Below the pieces are notes generated by a model. It was given only the letters and a program-made list of their open reading frames with translations. It ran no database searches and was not told the origin of the DNA. Positions 1 through 8,790 of a stretch of 37,615 bases of DNA are shown piece by piece (the first letter of the stretch is position 1; each line of letters begins with the position of its first letter). The translations under genes were made by a program, and so were the position numbers. Source of the stretch: a virus (Duplodnaviria; Heunggongvirae; Uroviricota; Caudoviricetes); the IMG/VR virus record IMGVR_UViG_2681813321_000019; one strand, given 5' to 3'.

Positions 1-171
1 ACTGCAATGGCTTCAATCAGTCTGATTCAGCTGAAATTGCAGGCCGGACGTAAACTGACGCAGGCAGAAACAACCAGCCTTAACACTGTGCTGGATTACA
101 TTGACGCGGTGACGGCAACAGATACCAGCACCGCGCCGGATGTCATCTTGCCTGAACTGCCGGAGGCGTAG
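1..171 (+). CDS. tfa: Tail fibre assembly protein (Tfa), 3' fragment cut by window edge; C-terminus ...LPELPEA
   Basis: Frame 1 translation [37 protein letters not shown]...PELPEA* is identical to the C-terminus of the 200-aa Tfa at 19607..20209. Confidence 0.6.
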   Translation, partial: TAMASISLIQLKLQAGRKLTQAETTSLNTVLDYIDAVTATDTSTAPDVILPELPEA

Positions 172-583
172 GCCATTCAATATCTGGCGCACTGGCGGTA
201 TCGACCAGCTCCAGTGCGTCCAGATAATCCAGCCACAAATTATATTGTGCCAGTTCCCCACCTTTCAGACGACCAATAGCTGCTTTACCAGGCCATTGCT
301 TACCGTTCATGTAATCATTGGCTAAATCTATTCTTTTTTGCTTCTCCACATCAGCAGCGACAATTAATTCTTCTCGTGTAGGTGGAGGAATATCACCCCA
401 TGCTGGCATGTTATTTAAAGTTATAAGTTGCTTACCTGTAGGGGGAGTGCCGGAAAACTCATAATAAATACTGTCACTAACGTTAATGGCATCATGTGGC
501 CAACAATTATTATCAACATAATCAGCCTGCCACTCGATGGCATAAAAACGGGACTCAGATGGACTGAACACAAAACGATTCAT
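143..583 (-). CDS. Alternative tail fibre assembly protein (Tfa'), 146 aa
   Basis: C-terminal LDYLDALELVDTASAPDIEWP motif parallels the Tfa C-terminus; lies immediately downstream of the alternative fibre cassette Sv'; its 3' end overlaps the convergent tfa 3' end. Confidence 0.7.
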   Translation of the reverse strand: MNRFVFSPSESRFYAIEWQADYVDNNCWPHDAINVSDSIYYEFSGTPPTGKQLITLNNMPAWGDIPPPTREELIVAADVEKQKRIDLANDYMNGKQWPGKAAIGRLKGGELAQYNLWLDYLDALELVDTASAPDIEWPTPPAVQAR

Positions 584-584
584 A

Positions 585-893
585 TTAATATCCTATAGCT
601 AAAAACATAGCGTCTGAGGTGTTTGTATTTACAGCAATATTCATCATGACCTGAGCGGTAAATCCTGTATTGCTTACCCACTCGCATGAGTTAGTTATCT
701 GAACCCATGTTAATTTGGTAGAAAAAACGCCCCAGCAATTAACAGGGAACGGGACAGGGAAAGTCACTGGCACAGAATTTACTACACCGACAGTAGTCAA
801 ATTTGCGAGCGTCCGGCGAAACACCTGAATCTTAAGACCATCAGGACCTGTAAATAACAAATTATCGGTGTACTGCCCGCTTGCTCTTAAACC
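585..893 (-). CDS. Sv' alternative tail-fibre C-terminal cassette (promoterless and silent in this orientation)
   Basis: ORF begins at the crossover site next to pin; the first 16 codons of the ORF-track entry (MMPFARYFCIFINVGL) are read-through antisense to the pin leader. Stop is 1 nt before the tfa' start. Confidence 0.55.
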   Translation of the reverse strand, partial: GLRASGQYTDNLLFTGPDGLKIQVFRRTLANLTTVGVVNSVPVTFPVPFPVNCWGVFSTKLTWVQITNSCEWVSNTGFTAQVMMNIAVNTNTSDAMFLAIGY

Positions 894-907
894 AACGTTT
901 ATGAAAA
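882..907. promoter_or_regulatory. Pin/Hin/Gin-type recombination crossover site (pin-proximal); TGCTCTTAAACC-AA-CGTTTATGAAAA
   Basis: 26-bp imperfect dyad with central AA, resembling hix half-sites (TTCTTGAAAACC / GGTTTTTGATAA); sits about 55 bp upstream of pin. Confidence 0.6.
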
Positions 908-961
908 TGCAGAAATAACGAGCAAATGGCATCATTCCTGCTTTTGTCAGGGAGATCTACC

Positions 962-1516
962 ATGCTTATTGGCTATGTACGTGTGTCAACAAATGACCAG
1001 AACACAGATCTACAACGTAATGCGCTGAACTGTGCAGGATGCGAGCTGATTTTTGAAGACAAGATAAGCGGTACAAAGTCCGAAAGGCCGGGACTGAAAA
1101 AACTGCTCAGGACATTATCGGCAGGCGATACGCTGGTGGTCTGGAAACTGGACCGACTGGGGCGCAGTATGCGGCATCTTGTCGTGCTGGTGGAGGAGTT
1201 GCGCGAACGAGGCATCAACTTTCGTAGTCTGACGGATTCAATTGATACCAGTACCCCAATGGGGCGCTTTTTCTTTCATGTGATGGGGGCCCTGGCTGAA
1301 ATGGAACGAGAACTGATTGTTGAACGAACAAAAGCTGGACTGGAAGCTGCTCGCGCACAGGGACGAATTGGTGGACGTCGTCCCAAACTTACACCAGAAC
1401 AATGGGCACAAGCCGGACGATTAATTGCATCAGGAGTTCCGCGCCAGAAAGTTGCGATTATCTATGATGTTGGCGTATCGACTTTGTATCAGAGGTTTCC
1501 GGCAGGAGATAAATAA
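962..1516 (+). CDS. pin: Serine DNA invertase, Pin/Gin/Hin/Cin family (184 aa from MLIGYVRVSTNDQ)
   Basis: N-terminal MLIGYVRVSTNDQ with catalytic Ser in RVSTNDQ, resolvase core, C-terminal HTH (VAIIYDVGVSTLYQRF); GGGAGA RBS upstream of the ATG at 962. ORF-track start at 926 rejected. Confidence 0.9.
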   Translation: MLIGYVRVSTNDQNTDLQRNALNCAGCELIFEDKISGTKSERPGLKKLLRTLSAGDTLVVWKLDRLGRSMRHLVVLVEELRERGINFRSLTDSIDTSTPMGRFFFHVMGALAEMERELIVERTKAGLEAARAQGRIGGRRPKLTPEQWAQAGRLIASGVPRQKVAIIYDVGVSTLYQRFPAGDK

Positions 1517-1714
1517 AGACACAGCTCGTCGAATTCAAGAACGTGTGAGCCAATCTCATGATGATTCATTATTTTCACATAGAGTCAATGACAAAAAACG
1601 GCTGCAAGGTAAACCACAACGATGGCTTTATTAATTGATAGCGGTTTTGGTACTAAATGATACAAATTAAAATGAATATCCTAGTGAATTACAACAATTT
1701 CAGGAGGAAATAGT

Positions 1715-1927
1715 ATGCCAAGAAAAACGCTAGAAAATTTGGTAAATGTTGCACGTCAGACTCAGGAAATAGCGGATAAGAGAAGCCGTTTTTTCGGGTA
1801 TCTTGAACAGCATGGCTTGAAGAGGAATGAGGATAGTGCTCACCTTTTTGCTATGCATTTACGGTTGCAACACAATGAAAGAGATAATCTTGTCCATGAA
1901 CTGATGTCCGGATTACATCATAAATAG
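1715..1927 (+). CDS. Hypothetical small protein (70 aa), cargo cassette
   Basis: Strong RBS (AGGAGG then ATG); AT-rich context; convergent with the 114-aa gene; no recognisable family. Confidence 0.5.
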   Translation: MPRKTLENLVNVARQTQEIADKRSRFFGYLEQHGLKRNEDSAHLFAMHLRLQHNERDNLVHELMSGLHHK

Positions 1928-1962
1928 TGCATCATTCGAGCAAGAATATTATAAGACAATAA

Positions 1963-1983
1963 ACCAGCCAAAAACTGGCTGGT
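1963..1983. terminator. Bidirectional hairpin between convergent 70-aa and 114-aa genes
   Basis: ACCAGCC-loop-GGCTGGT stem, flanked by T/A runs. Confidence 0.4.
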
Positions 1984-2011
1984 TGAACGTTAACTTTTTG
2001 AATTTAATCAA

Positions 2012-2356
2012 TTAACTTTGGTGTATGTCTTGGTAAGTCTCATCCGTCAGAGCCAATTTCATGCAAATATCATCGTTAAGACTGACAATATCTTCGATCA
2101 GTTTATTGATCTCGAAATCGTTAAGTTTTGATACTGTTGCTTGAACTCGCCCCTCATCGCCAGTGGCATCAAACTTAGTCAGTTCCTTACATAATTCATC
2201 GAACCTGCTTTGTAAGGCATTTGGAATATCATCGGCTGTTTTAAGATGCCCAAGGCTAAAAACATACGAATTAATCAAGCGTTCTTGAATACTTCCATGG
2301 CCCGCAAGAGTAAGTACTGCAGTATGAAATTTTTCATGTGCATACTTTAAGGACAT
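2012..2356 (-). CDS. Hypothetical acidic protein (114 aa), second gene of cargo operon
   Basis: GGAGA RBS 6 nt upstream; 51 bp downstream of the 343-aa gene on the same strand; D/E-rich; no recognisable family. Confidence 0.6.
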   Translation of the reverse strand: MSLKYAHEKFHTAVLTLAGHGSIQERLINSYVFSLGHLKTADDIPNALQSRFDELCKELTKFDATGDEGRVQATVSKLNDFEINKLIEDIVSLNDDICMKLALTDETYQDIHQS

Positions 2357-2407
2357 ATCTGGTCTCCGTGACTTATAACCTCAACCGACATAAATGGGGT
2401 TAAGTGA

Positions 2408-3439
2408 TTATTCTGAAACAATAGTGTTGAACTGACCTATAGAAACAGCACCCTTTTCAATTACCTCTAAGTAACTGATTTTAATATGAGAGTTGTTTGA
2501 CAAAGCGTCAACAATAGCTGTCAACTCATCTTGGGTGATAACATCAGCTGAAGCTTTGATTGTGAAGCATTCGTCATTAGAGACCCTAACAACGTTAATA
2601 TTAATATCCTGATTTGTTGGCCCTGTTCTGGTTACACCTTTGATGGAAAATATATCAGTTCGTTCTTTACGTTCTCTATCTACAGATTGTCGGCTGTTGT
2701 AGGTATTTAGGTCTTGTCGTGTTAGTTTCTCATTTCCTAAAGTCACGGTTTCGACAGTAGGATCAGCAGCTAATTGCTTCACTAAAGCACTTTTACCTGC
2801 TTGTCCGTGACTAGTAACTTTATCGCTAATCGCTGATTTCCCATAGATTTTATAATCTAATGTTGCTTCTATGGCTTTGTTTATGCCATCGGATGTGGTT
2901 TTTGCAATTTCAACCTGCCGATCAGTTGCATGTCTTTCTGTTACGGCATTTTCTGAAATGTAGTGATAACCACATGTGCTGGCCGCGCCAACCATTGTGA
3001 TTATAACAAGCATTTTCTGCCAGCCGTTCAGTCCAGACATAGTATCTCGCAAAAAATCAGTTACTGCGTTGATGATCTTGTCAGTGGTGCCTTCCGCATC
3101 ACTAGAACCTTCGCTAATTTTAAAATTTATATCAAGTCGTTGCTTGTCTTCATTAGTCAAGCGTTGAAGATTCTGCGATCCGTATCGTATGGTTGCAAAC
3201 GCCCGCTGTATCTCCTCGTTGAGCATTGACATACCAAACAACATTGCTGATGTAATTGATGAATGATACCGCTCTCCTTTTACATTTATGTCTAAGGATG
3301 GCCAGCCTGCAAACTTTACGTTAGGGAAAATAAACTCTTTAGAATCAAGCCCCTCTCGGGCTTTCATTTCTTCCAGAAAGTTTAGAAAATCATCTTCACT
3401 ACGGATCAGAAAATCAATCGAATCCACAGTAGCTTCCAT
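2408..3439 (-). CDS. Hypothetical single-pass membrane protein (343 aa), first gene of cargo operon
   Basis: AAGGA RBS; one hydrophobic helix near residues 141-160 (KMLVIITMVGAASTCGYHYI) between two soluble domains; AT-rich; no P-loop or other recognisable motif. Confidence 0.7.
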   Translation of the reverse strand: MEATVDSIDFLIRSEDDFLNFLEEMKAREGLDSKEFIFPNVKFAGWPSLDINVKGERYHSSITSAMLFGMSMLNEEIQRAFATIRYGSQNLQRLTNEDKQRLDINFKISEGSSDAEGTTDKIINAVTDFLRDTMSGLNGWQKMLVIITMVGAASTCGYHYISENAVTERHATDRQVEIAKTTSDGINKAIEATLDYKIYGKSAISDKVTSHGQAGKSALVKQLAADPTVETVTLGNEKLTRQDLNTYNSRQSVDRERKERTDIFSIKGVTRTGPTNQDININVVRVSNDECFTIKASADVITQDELTAIVDALSNNSHIKISYLEVIEKGAVSIGQFNTIVSE

Positions 3440-3484
3440 ATGAATATCCTTATTAAATTCTCATTCGGTTACTGTTTATTGTTG

Positions 3485-3520
3485 ACTGATCAATAAAAAA
3501 GCCCGCAATTTGCGGGCTTC
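3485..3520 (-). terminator. Rho-independent terminator downstream of ssrA, upstream of the 343-aa gene
   Basis: AAGCCCGCAA-TT-TGCGGGCTT stem followed by a T-run on the minus strand. Confidence 0.5.
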
Positions 3521-3648
3521 TTTCACACTTGAGAGCCGCGGCTCCTTTGCGTATCCTTTTTTGTCTCCTCACCGTCTGGTCGGTGTCCTGCTGAGACTGC
3601 TAACTTCCTGTTTTTGTTGGTGTTGTCCTTACACCGTCCAATCATGAT

Positions 3649-4011
3649 TGGTGGAGCTGGCGGGAGTTGAACCCGCGTCCGAAATTCCTACATCCTCGGT
3701 ACTACATGCTTAGTCAGTCTTTACATTCGCTTGCCAGCTGCGGACGGACACGCCACTAACAAACTAGCCTGATTAAGTTTTAACGCTTCAACCCCAGGCA
3801 GGGCTTCCACGCGATCTCTTTTGGGTTTGACCTCTCTTGATCCCCGTCCTAAGAGCGGAGGCTAGGGAGAGAGGGCTCTAAGCAGGTTATTAAGCTGCTA
3901 AAGCGTAGTTTTCGTCGTTTGCGACTATTTTTTGCGGCTTTTTACGAGGCCAACCGCCCCTCGGCATGCACCTTGGGTTTCGCAAATCCCGTCGAATCCA
4001 GAATCAGCCCC
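3649..4011 (-). ncRNA. ssrA: tmRNA (SsrA), 363 nt
   Basis: Reverse complement begins GGGGCTGATTCTGGATTCGACGGG and ends CCAGCTCCACCA; tag reading frame GCAAACGACGAAAACTACGCTTTAGCAGCTTAA (ANDENYALAA) at 3891..3923. Confidence 0.95.
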
Positions 4012-4225
4012 AATGTGTAAAGGTAAGTATACCAGATTTATGAGCGCCATGACCAGCCTCAATGGCGTTATCGTTAAAGATTTAGCACCCATGTAGCCTG
4101 ATTTTTATTCGATTAAGCAATGGGATGGCAACATTTGTGTCGGATGTGATAGCCAATAAGATGTTCATTCGCGCCGCCGGAGAGGGAGGCGCGGTGAGGA
4201 ACTGGTCAATAATTGGAGTGCAGGT

Positions 4226-4708
4226 TTAACGGTGGGCGTTTTTCATGATACGTGCTTTATCCACCTGCCATTCGCGTTCTTTGATATCTGAACGTTTATC
4301 GTGCTGTTTTTTACCTTTGGCGACGCCGATTTTCACTTTGCACCAGGCATTTTTCCAGTACAGGGAGAGCGCCACTACGGTATAGCCTTCTCGATTGACG
4401 CGACCGTACAATGAGTCCAGTTCGCGTTGGTTGAGAAGTAACTTGCGGGTACGGGTAGGATCGCACACCACATGCGTGGAGGCCACGGCCATTGGCGTGA
4501 TGTTAGCGCCAAACAGAAATGCCTCTCCGTCACGCAGAAGGACGTAGCTGTCGCTGATATTGGCTTTTCCTGCGCGCAGGGATTTAACCTCCCAGCCTTG
4601 CAGGGCAAGTCCCGCTTCGAACTCTTCTTCGATAAAGTATTCGTGACGGGCGCGCTTGTTAAGCGCGATGGTCGCTGAACCAGGTTTATGTGCTTTTTTC
4701 TTCGTCAT
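4226..4708 (-). CDS. smpB: SsrA-binding protein SmpB (160 aa)
   Basis: Translation [48 protein letters not shown]...; directly upstream of ssrA on the same strand. Confidence 0.95.
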
Positions 4709-4839
4709 AAGCGTCGTGAATCATCGGTAATCTGAAATCGAAAACACCCCATATCAATCCTGCGGGGGACAAGGCTCTATCTTAGCATGAACCCGATGTT
4801 ACCCAGCGCCGGGATAGCGTTTTTTTTACAGCAGGATAA

Positions 4840-5316
4840 ATGATATTATTTGTTGGATTTTTGTTGATGGAAATTGTTATGCCTCAGATTAGCCGGACCG
4901 CACTGGTACCCTACAGCGCGGAGCAAATGTATCAGTTAGTGAATGACGTTCAGTCTTATCCTCAGTTTTTGCCGGGTTGTACCGGAAGTCGGATTCTGGA
5001 GTCCACTCCTGGGCAGATGACTGCGGCGGTAGATGTCTCTAAGGCTGGGATCAGCAAAACGTTTACTACCCGCAACCAGTTGACCAGTAACCAAAGTATT
5101 CTTATGAATCTGGTGGATGGGCCGTTCAAGAAATTGATTGGTGGATGGAAGTTTACGCCGCTGAGCCAGGAGGCGTGTCGTATCGAGTTTCATCTCGACT
5201 TTGAGTTTACCAATAAGTTGATTGAACTCGCCTTTGGTCGCGTGTTTAAAGAGCTGGCGTCTAATATGGTCCAGGCTTTTACGGTTCGTGCGAAAGAGGT
5301 TTACAGTGCCAGGTAA
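4840..5316 (+). CDS. ratA: Ribosome association toxin RatA (YfjG), 158 aa
   Basis: Translation and divergent position relative to smpB match the enterobacterial yfjG-yfjF arrangement. Confidence 0.85.
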   Translation: MILFVGFLLMEIVMPQISRTALVPYSAEQMYQLVNDVQSYPQFLPGCTGSRILESTPGQMTAAVDVSKAGISKTFTTRNQLTSNQSILMNLVDGPFKKLIGGWKFTPLSQEACRIEFHLDFEFTNKLIELAFGRVFKELASNMVQAFTVRAKEVYSAR

Positions 5317-5596
5317 AATTGCCGTTGAGGTGGCTTATGCGCTACCTGAGAAGCAGTACCTGCAGCGCGTGACGCTGCAGGAGGGCGCGACGGTTGAAGA
5401 AGCTATTCGCGCCAGTGGCTTGCTGGAATTGCGTACCGATATCGATTTAACTAAAAACAAAGTCGGCATTTACAGCCGTCCGGCAAAACTAAGCGATAGT
5501 GTGCATGATGGCGATCGGGTGGAGATTTATCGCCCTCTCATTGCCGATCCGAAAGAGCTTCGCAGGCAACGAGCAGAAAAATCAGCGAATAAATAA
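5306..5596 (+). CDS. ratB: RatB / YfjF (RnfH-family), about 96 aa, GTG start
   Basis: In-frame GTG at 5306 gives [22 protein letters not shown]...; overlaps the ratA stop. The longer ORF-track start at 5222 lies inside ratA. Confidence 0.75.
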
Positions 5597-5603
5597 CAGA
5601 CAG

Positions 5604-5633
5604 AAAAAAGGTGCTCATTGAGCACCTTTTTTA
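5604..5633. terminator. Bidirectional terminator between ratB and bamE
   Basis: AAAAAAGGTGCTC-ATTG-AGCACCTTTTTT hairpin. Confidence 0.5.
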
Positions 5634-5657
5634 ACGTCTTTGAGAGCAACTTTATTA

Positions 5658-5999
5658 TTAGTTACCACTCAGCGCAGGTTTGTTATCAATATTGGTCAAC
5701 ACACCGCTACTGTTAAAGGTCAGCGTCAGCGTTTGCTGCGTTACACCTTCATGACCTGGTTGCTGGCGGAAGACATAGAACCAGGTATTCGTACCAAATG
5801 GATCGGACATCAGCGGTGTACCCAATGCGTACGCAACTTGTTGTTGCGTCATGCCAACACGTATTTTGGATACGTCGTTAGCGGTCAGATAGTTCCCCTG
5901 GTTGATGTCAGGACGGTAAACCACTCGCTCCAGAGTGGAACAGCCTGCGGTCAACATCAATAGTACTGCTGCTGCAGCAGTCAGCGTTTTACAGCGCAT
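5658..5999 (-). CDS. bamE: Outer membrane assembly lipoprotein BamE (113 aa)
   Basis: Lipoprotein signal ...[20 protein letters not shown]. Confidence 0.9.
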
Positions 6000-6147
6000 A
6001 GTGATTTGATTCCTTTTCGGGCCCGAGCAGTACGTGGCTCATCTGTAATATGCCGATGATAATAGACCTTTCATCACTTTAAAACCTTTTGCTTTCCGGT
6101 CTTACGGCGTTTTGCTGTTTACTCTGACCGTGAAGCAGGAAAAAAGT

Positions 6148-7705
6148 TTACGCTGCAAGCAGTTCTTTCGCATTCGCCAGTGTATTACGTGTGACTTCAC
6201 TGCCACCAAGCAGGCGCGCCAGCTCTTGTAACCGCGCTTTTTTATTCAGGGATTGCATATGCGTTTCTGTCATCGCACCATCGGTTTCTTTGCTGACAAA
6301 ATAGTGTTGATGACCACATCCCGCGACTTGTGGCAGGTGGGTAACACACATCACCTGAGTTGATTCGCCGAGTTGACGCAGCAGTTTGCCGACAACTGCC
6401 GCTGTTGGACCGCTAATCCCTACATCCACTTCATCAAAAATCAGTGCCGGGGTTTCCATTTTACGCGCCGTGATGACCTGGATTGCCAGTGCGATGCGGG
6501 ACAATTCACCACCGGATGCGACTTTGGCAATAGGCTGCATTGGCTGACCTGGGTTGGTGGTTACCCGAAACTCAATACGATCGGCACCGTCAGCGCCCAG
6601 GTGATGCTCGTCAAATTTAACATCGATCGTAAACTGCCCATGCGGCATTGAGAGCGCATGCATACTGTCGGTGATCAGCTGTGCAAGTTCTTCTGCATAT
6701 TGCTGGCGTTGTTGGTGTAATGCGCGCGCGATTTCCAGTGCCTGCTGATGATGTTTCGTTACCGCCAGCGCAAGCGTTTCTTGTGAGTCGGCCTGATCGT
6801 CCAGTTGCTGCTGTTCTTCCAGTAGCGACTGGTAATACTGTGGCAATGCCTCAGGGCTGACGTGATGTTTACGTGCCAGCGAAATCTGTTTTGAGATGCG
6901 CTGTTCAAGTTCAAATAGTCGGTTGGGATCGAGATCCAGACGATCGCAGTAGTGGCGCAGTTCATCGCTGGCTTCAGCAATCTGGATGGTAGCTTCTTCC
7001 AGCATATCAAGTACGCCGGACAGTTTGCTGTCCATGCCAATCAATTCGCTCACCAGTTGTTTAGCCGTGTAAAGCTGACTTTGCAGGTTTGCGTCTTCAC
7101 CGTCGGCCATTAATGCCAATGCATTCTGGCTGGTGGTCAGCAATTGACCGCTGTTCGCCAGACGTTTGTACTCTTCGTCGATTTGTTCAAACTCTCCGGG
7201 CTGCGGATTAAATTCGTTAAGTTCTTTTAATTGGTATTGCAGCAGTTCCGCACGGGCAGCGCGTTCCTGACTTAACTGTTGATGATGCGCGAGGTCACGG
7301 CAGCTTTGATGCCACAACTGATAACGTGCTGTCATTTCCTGGAGTAGAGAGGTTTCATTGGCATAGCCATCAAGCAGGAACTTTTGGTGCTCGGGTTTGG
7401 TGAGTAACTGATGAGCGTGCTGACCATGGATCTGAATCAGCAACTGACCCAGTTCGCGCAGTTGTGACAGAGGAACAGCTGTACCGTTGATGAAACCACG
7501 GGAGCGACCATCGCTGCTGATCACGCGACGAAGCAAACATTCATGCCCGTCTTCAAGCTGGTTTTCTTCCAGCCAGCGCAGAGCCGCTGGCGTATCTTTC
7601 AGAGAAAAACGGGCGCACAGGTCAGCGCGAGCAGCGCCGGTACGCACCATGTCGGCTTCAGCGCGACCACCGAGACAAAGACCGAGGGCATCTATTGCAA
7701 TAGAT
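6148..7705 (-). pseudogene. recN: recN 5'-truncated copy (lacks about the first 35 codons including most of Walker A); ends at breakpoint J1
   Basis: Identical to the 3' 1558 nt of full recN at 13977..15638; identity stops at 7705, where tfa sequence is joined. Confidence 0.85.
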
Positions 7706-7706
7706 A

Positions 7707-8222
7707 GTTAAGGCTGGTTGTTTCTGCCTGCGTCAGTTTACGTCCGGCCTGCAATTTCAGCTGAATCAGACTGATTGAAGCCATTGCAGTATCAATCAGT
7801 GACTGGCGCTGTGCTTCTGCTGCATCTACTGCGGCGCTATGCTGTGCTTCGGTATCCGTCACCCATTTCTCACCATCCCATTTATCGTATGGCGTTAACG
7901 GGGCGATAGTGGTTGTATTATCAGGGTAATCACCCGGAGCTGTGATTTCTTTTGATTCTCCTGTTTCGGTGCTAAAGACGATTTCACCGCGATGGTCTGG
8001 CACATATTCCCATGAGTTAAAATCTACAGATCGGCAGATTGCATAACCAGCTTTGTATGTGCCAGGGGCATCTAAACAGGAATATGCAGGGATACCGACA
8101 CCCACAGCAAGATATTCAGTTGATGTGGAAATATATTCCCGTGTTTCGCCATCATAGTTATAGACGGTAATATTCCCCGCCTTTGTAGCAATAAACTCGC
8201 TATTTAATACAGCGTTATCCAT
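7707..8222 (-). pseudogene. tfa: tfa, 3'-truncated at breakpoint J1 (codons 1..about 171), flipped-state copy
   Basis: Protein identical to Tfa (19607..20209) up to ...TTSLN, then reads into recN antisense (YLLQ*); two synonymous nucleotide differences from the 19607..20209 copy. Confidence 0.65.
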
Positions 8223-8722
8223 TATGCAGCCCTCACGATATAGTTAAATGCAATATTCCGTGGACGGGTTTCATTTATCCCATATGCTGTTGTTCTCTGA
8301 TTCCCGACAAAATATCCATTTGGATTAGAAGATACATAATAATCATCAAAATCAAGTGGGCTATCAGCACCCGGCGTCAGGCTTGCAATATATCCTCTTC
8401 CCATAACTTCTGATGCTGGTATTTCTTTTGTACGATAATCACTAACTCTGAAGAGCTGCCCTTGGTGGGTGTGTGATTCCACTCCTCCATTCTGAAGACT
8501 TAGCAAGGCACGTACAGCATCAATACCACGCCCGTCATCCCAGCCACGAATAAACTCACCACGTAAATCAGGCAATTTATTTGTCGGATAAGCCTTTGCC
8601 AGTTCCGGGTATTCTTCAGCAGAAAAAGCGGCACCGTTGCATTTCAGCCAGCCTGTCGGCGGAGTGGCGGAAGGCCACGGAACAGGCACACCAACAGGTA
8701 ATGCAGAGCCTTCTCCCAAACC
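8222..8722 (-). CDS. Sv tail-fibre C-terminal cassette in the flipped orientation (next to pin, detached from Sc)
   Basis: Sequence [20 protein letters not shown]... identical to the C-terminal 160 aa of S (20209..21000), but its 5' junction carries the pin-side half-site. Confidence 0.6.
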   Translation of the reverse strand, partial: GLGEGSALPVGVPVPWPSATPPTGWLKCNGAAFSAEEYPELAKAYPTNKLPDLRGEFIRGWDDGRGIDAVRALLSLQNGGVESHTHQGQLFRVSDYRTKEIPASEVMGRGYIASLTPGADSPLDFDDYYVSSNPNGYFVGNQRTTAYGINETRPRNIAFNYIVRAA

Positions 8723-8736
8723 AACGTTTATGAAAA
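8711..8736. promoter_or_regulatory. Hybrid crossover site (inversion product); TTCTCCCAAACC-AA-CGTTTATGAAAA
   Basis: Left half is identical to the S-side site (20698..20709); right half is identical to the pin-side site (896..907). Confidence 0.6.
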
Positions 8737-8790
8737 TGCAGAAATAACGAGCAAATGGCATCATTCCTGCTTTTGTCAGGGAGATCTACC

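Larger units (their letters stand above)
1..2952. repeat. Inverted repeat arm (2.95 kb), reverse complement of 16826..19777
   Basis: Position w in copy C maps to 19778-w in copy A; ORF translations identical on opposite strands. Confidence 0.85.
889..7705. repeat. Direct repeat copy 1 (6.8 kb), identical to 8718..15534
   Basis: Constant offset of 7829 nt; all six-frame ORF translations identical; spot-checked nucleotide lines identical. Confidence 0.85.
7707..8724. repeat. Direct repeat of 19694..20711 (tfa and Sv), with two mismatches
   Basis: Offset 11987; differences at 8103/20090 (c vs a) and 8106/20093 (a vs g). Confidence 0.8.

Noticed and set aside
894-935. MMPFARYFCIFINVGL as the true N-terminus of the Sv and Sv' cassettes (also 8723..8764)
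   Set aside because: These 16 codons are antisense read-through across the crossover site and pin leader; the cassettes are promoterless C-terminal modules expressed only when fused to Sc by inversion.
926-961. Pin start at 926 (MASFLLLSGRST extension)
   Set aside because: The conserved invertase N-terminus begins at MLIGYVRVSTNDQ (ATG at 962) with a GGGAGA RBS just upstream; the extension would run into the crossover site.
962-1516. Pin as the prophage integrase
   Set aside because: It is a small serine invertase of the Gin/Hin family with a C-terminal HTH, acting on the local fibre switch; the integrase and attachment sites are not in this window.
1425-1634. 69-aa ORF overlapping the pin 3' end (also 9254..9463 and 18144..18353)
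   Set aside because: Largely inside pin in a different frame, with no RBS; likely spurious.
2963-3229. 88-aa and 63-aa ORFs antisense to the 343-aa gene (and their copies)
   Set aside because: Fully nested antisense ORFs in an AT-rich gene; no independent support.
5222-5305. Long ratB form starting at 5222
   Set aside because: This stretch overlaps the ratA 3' end in another frame; the conserved about 96-aa YfjF begins at the in-frame GTG at 5306.
6373-7040. Antisense ORFs inside recN (6373..6651, 6759..7040, 7487..7711 and their copy-B equivalents)
   Set aside because: Embedded antisense to a well-supported conserved gene; no RBS; Arg/Ser-rich composition typical of spurious frames.
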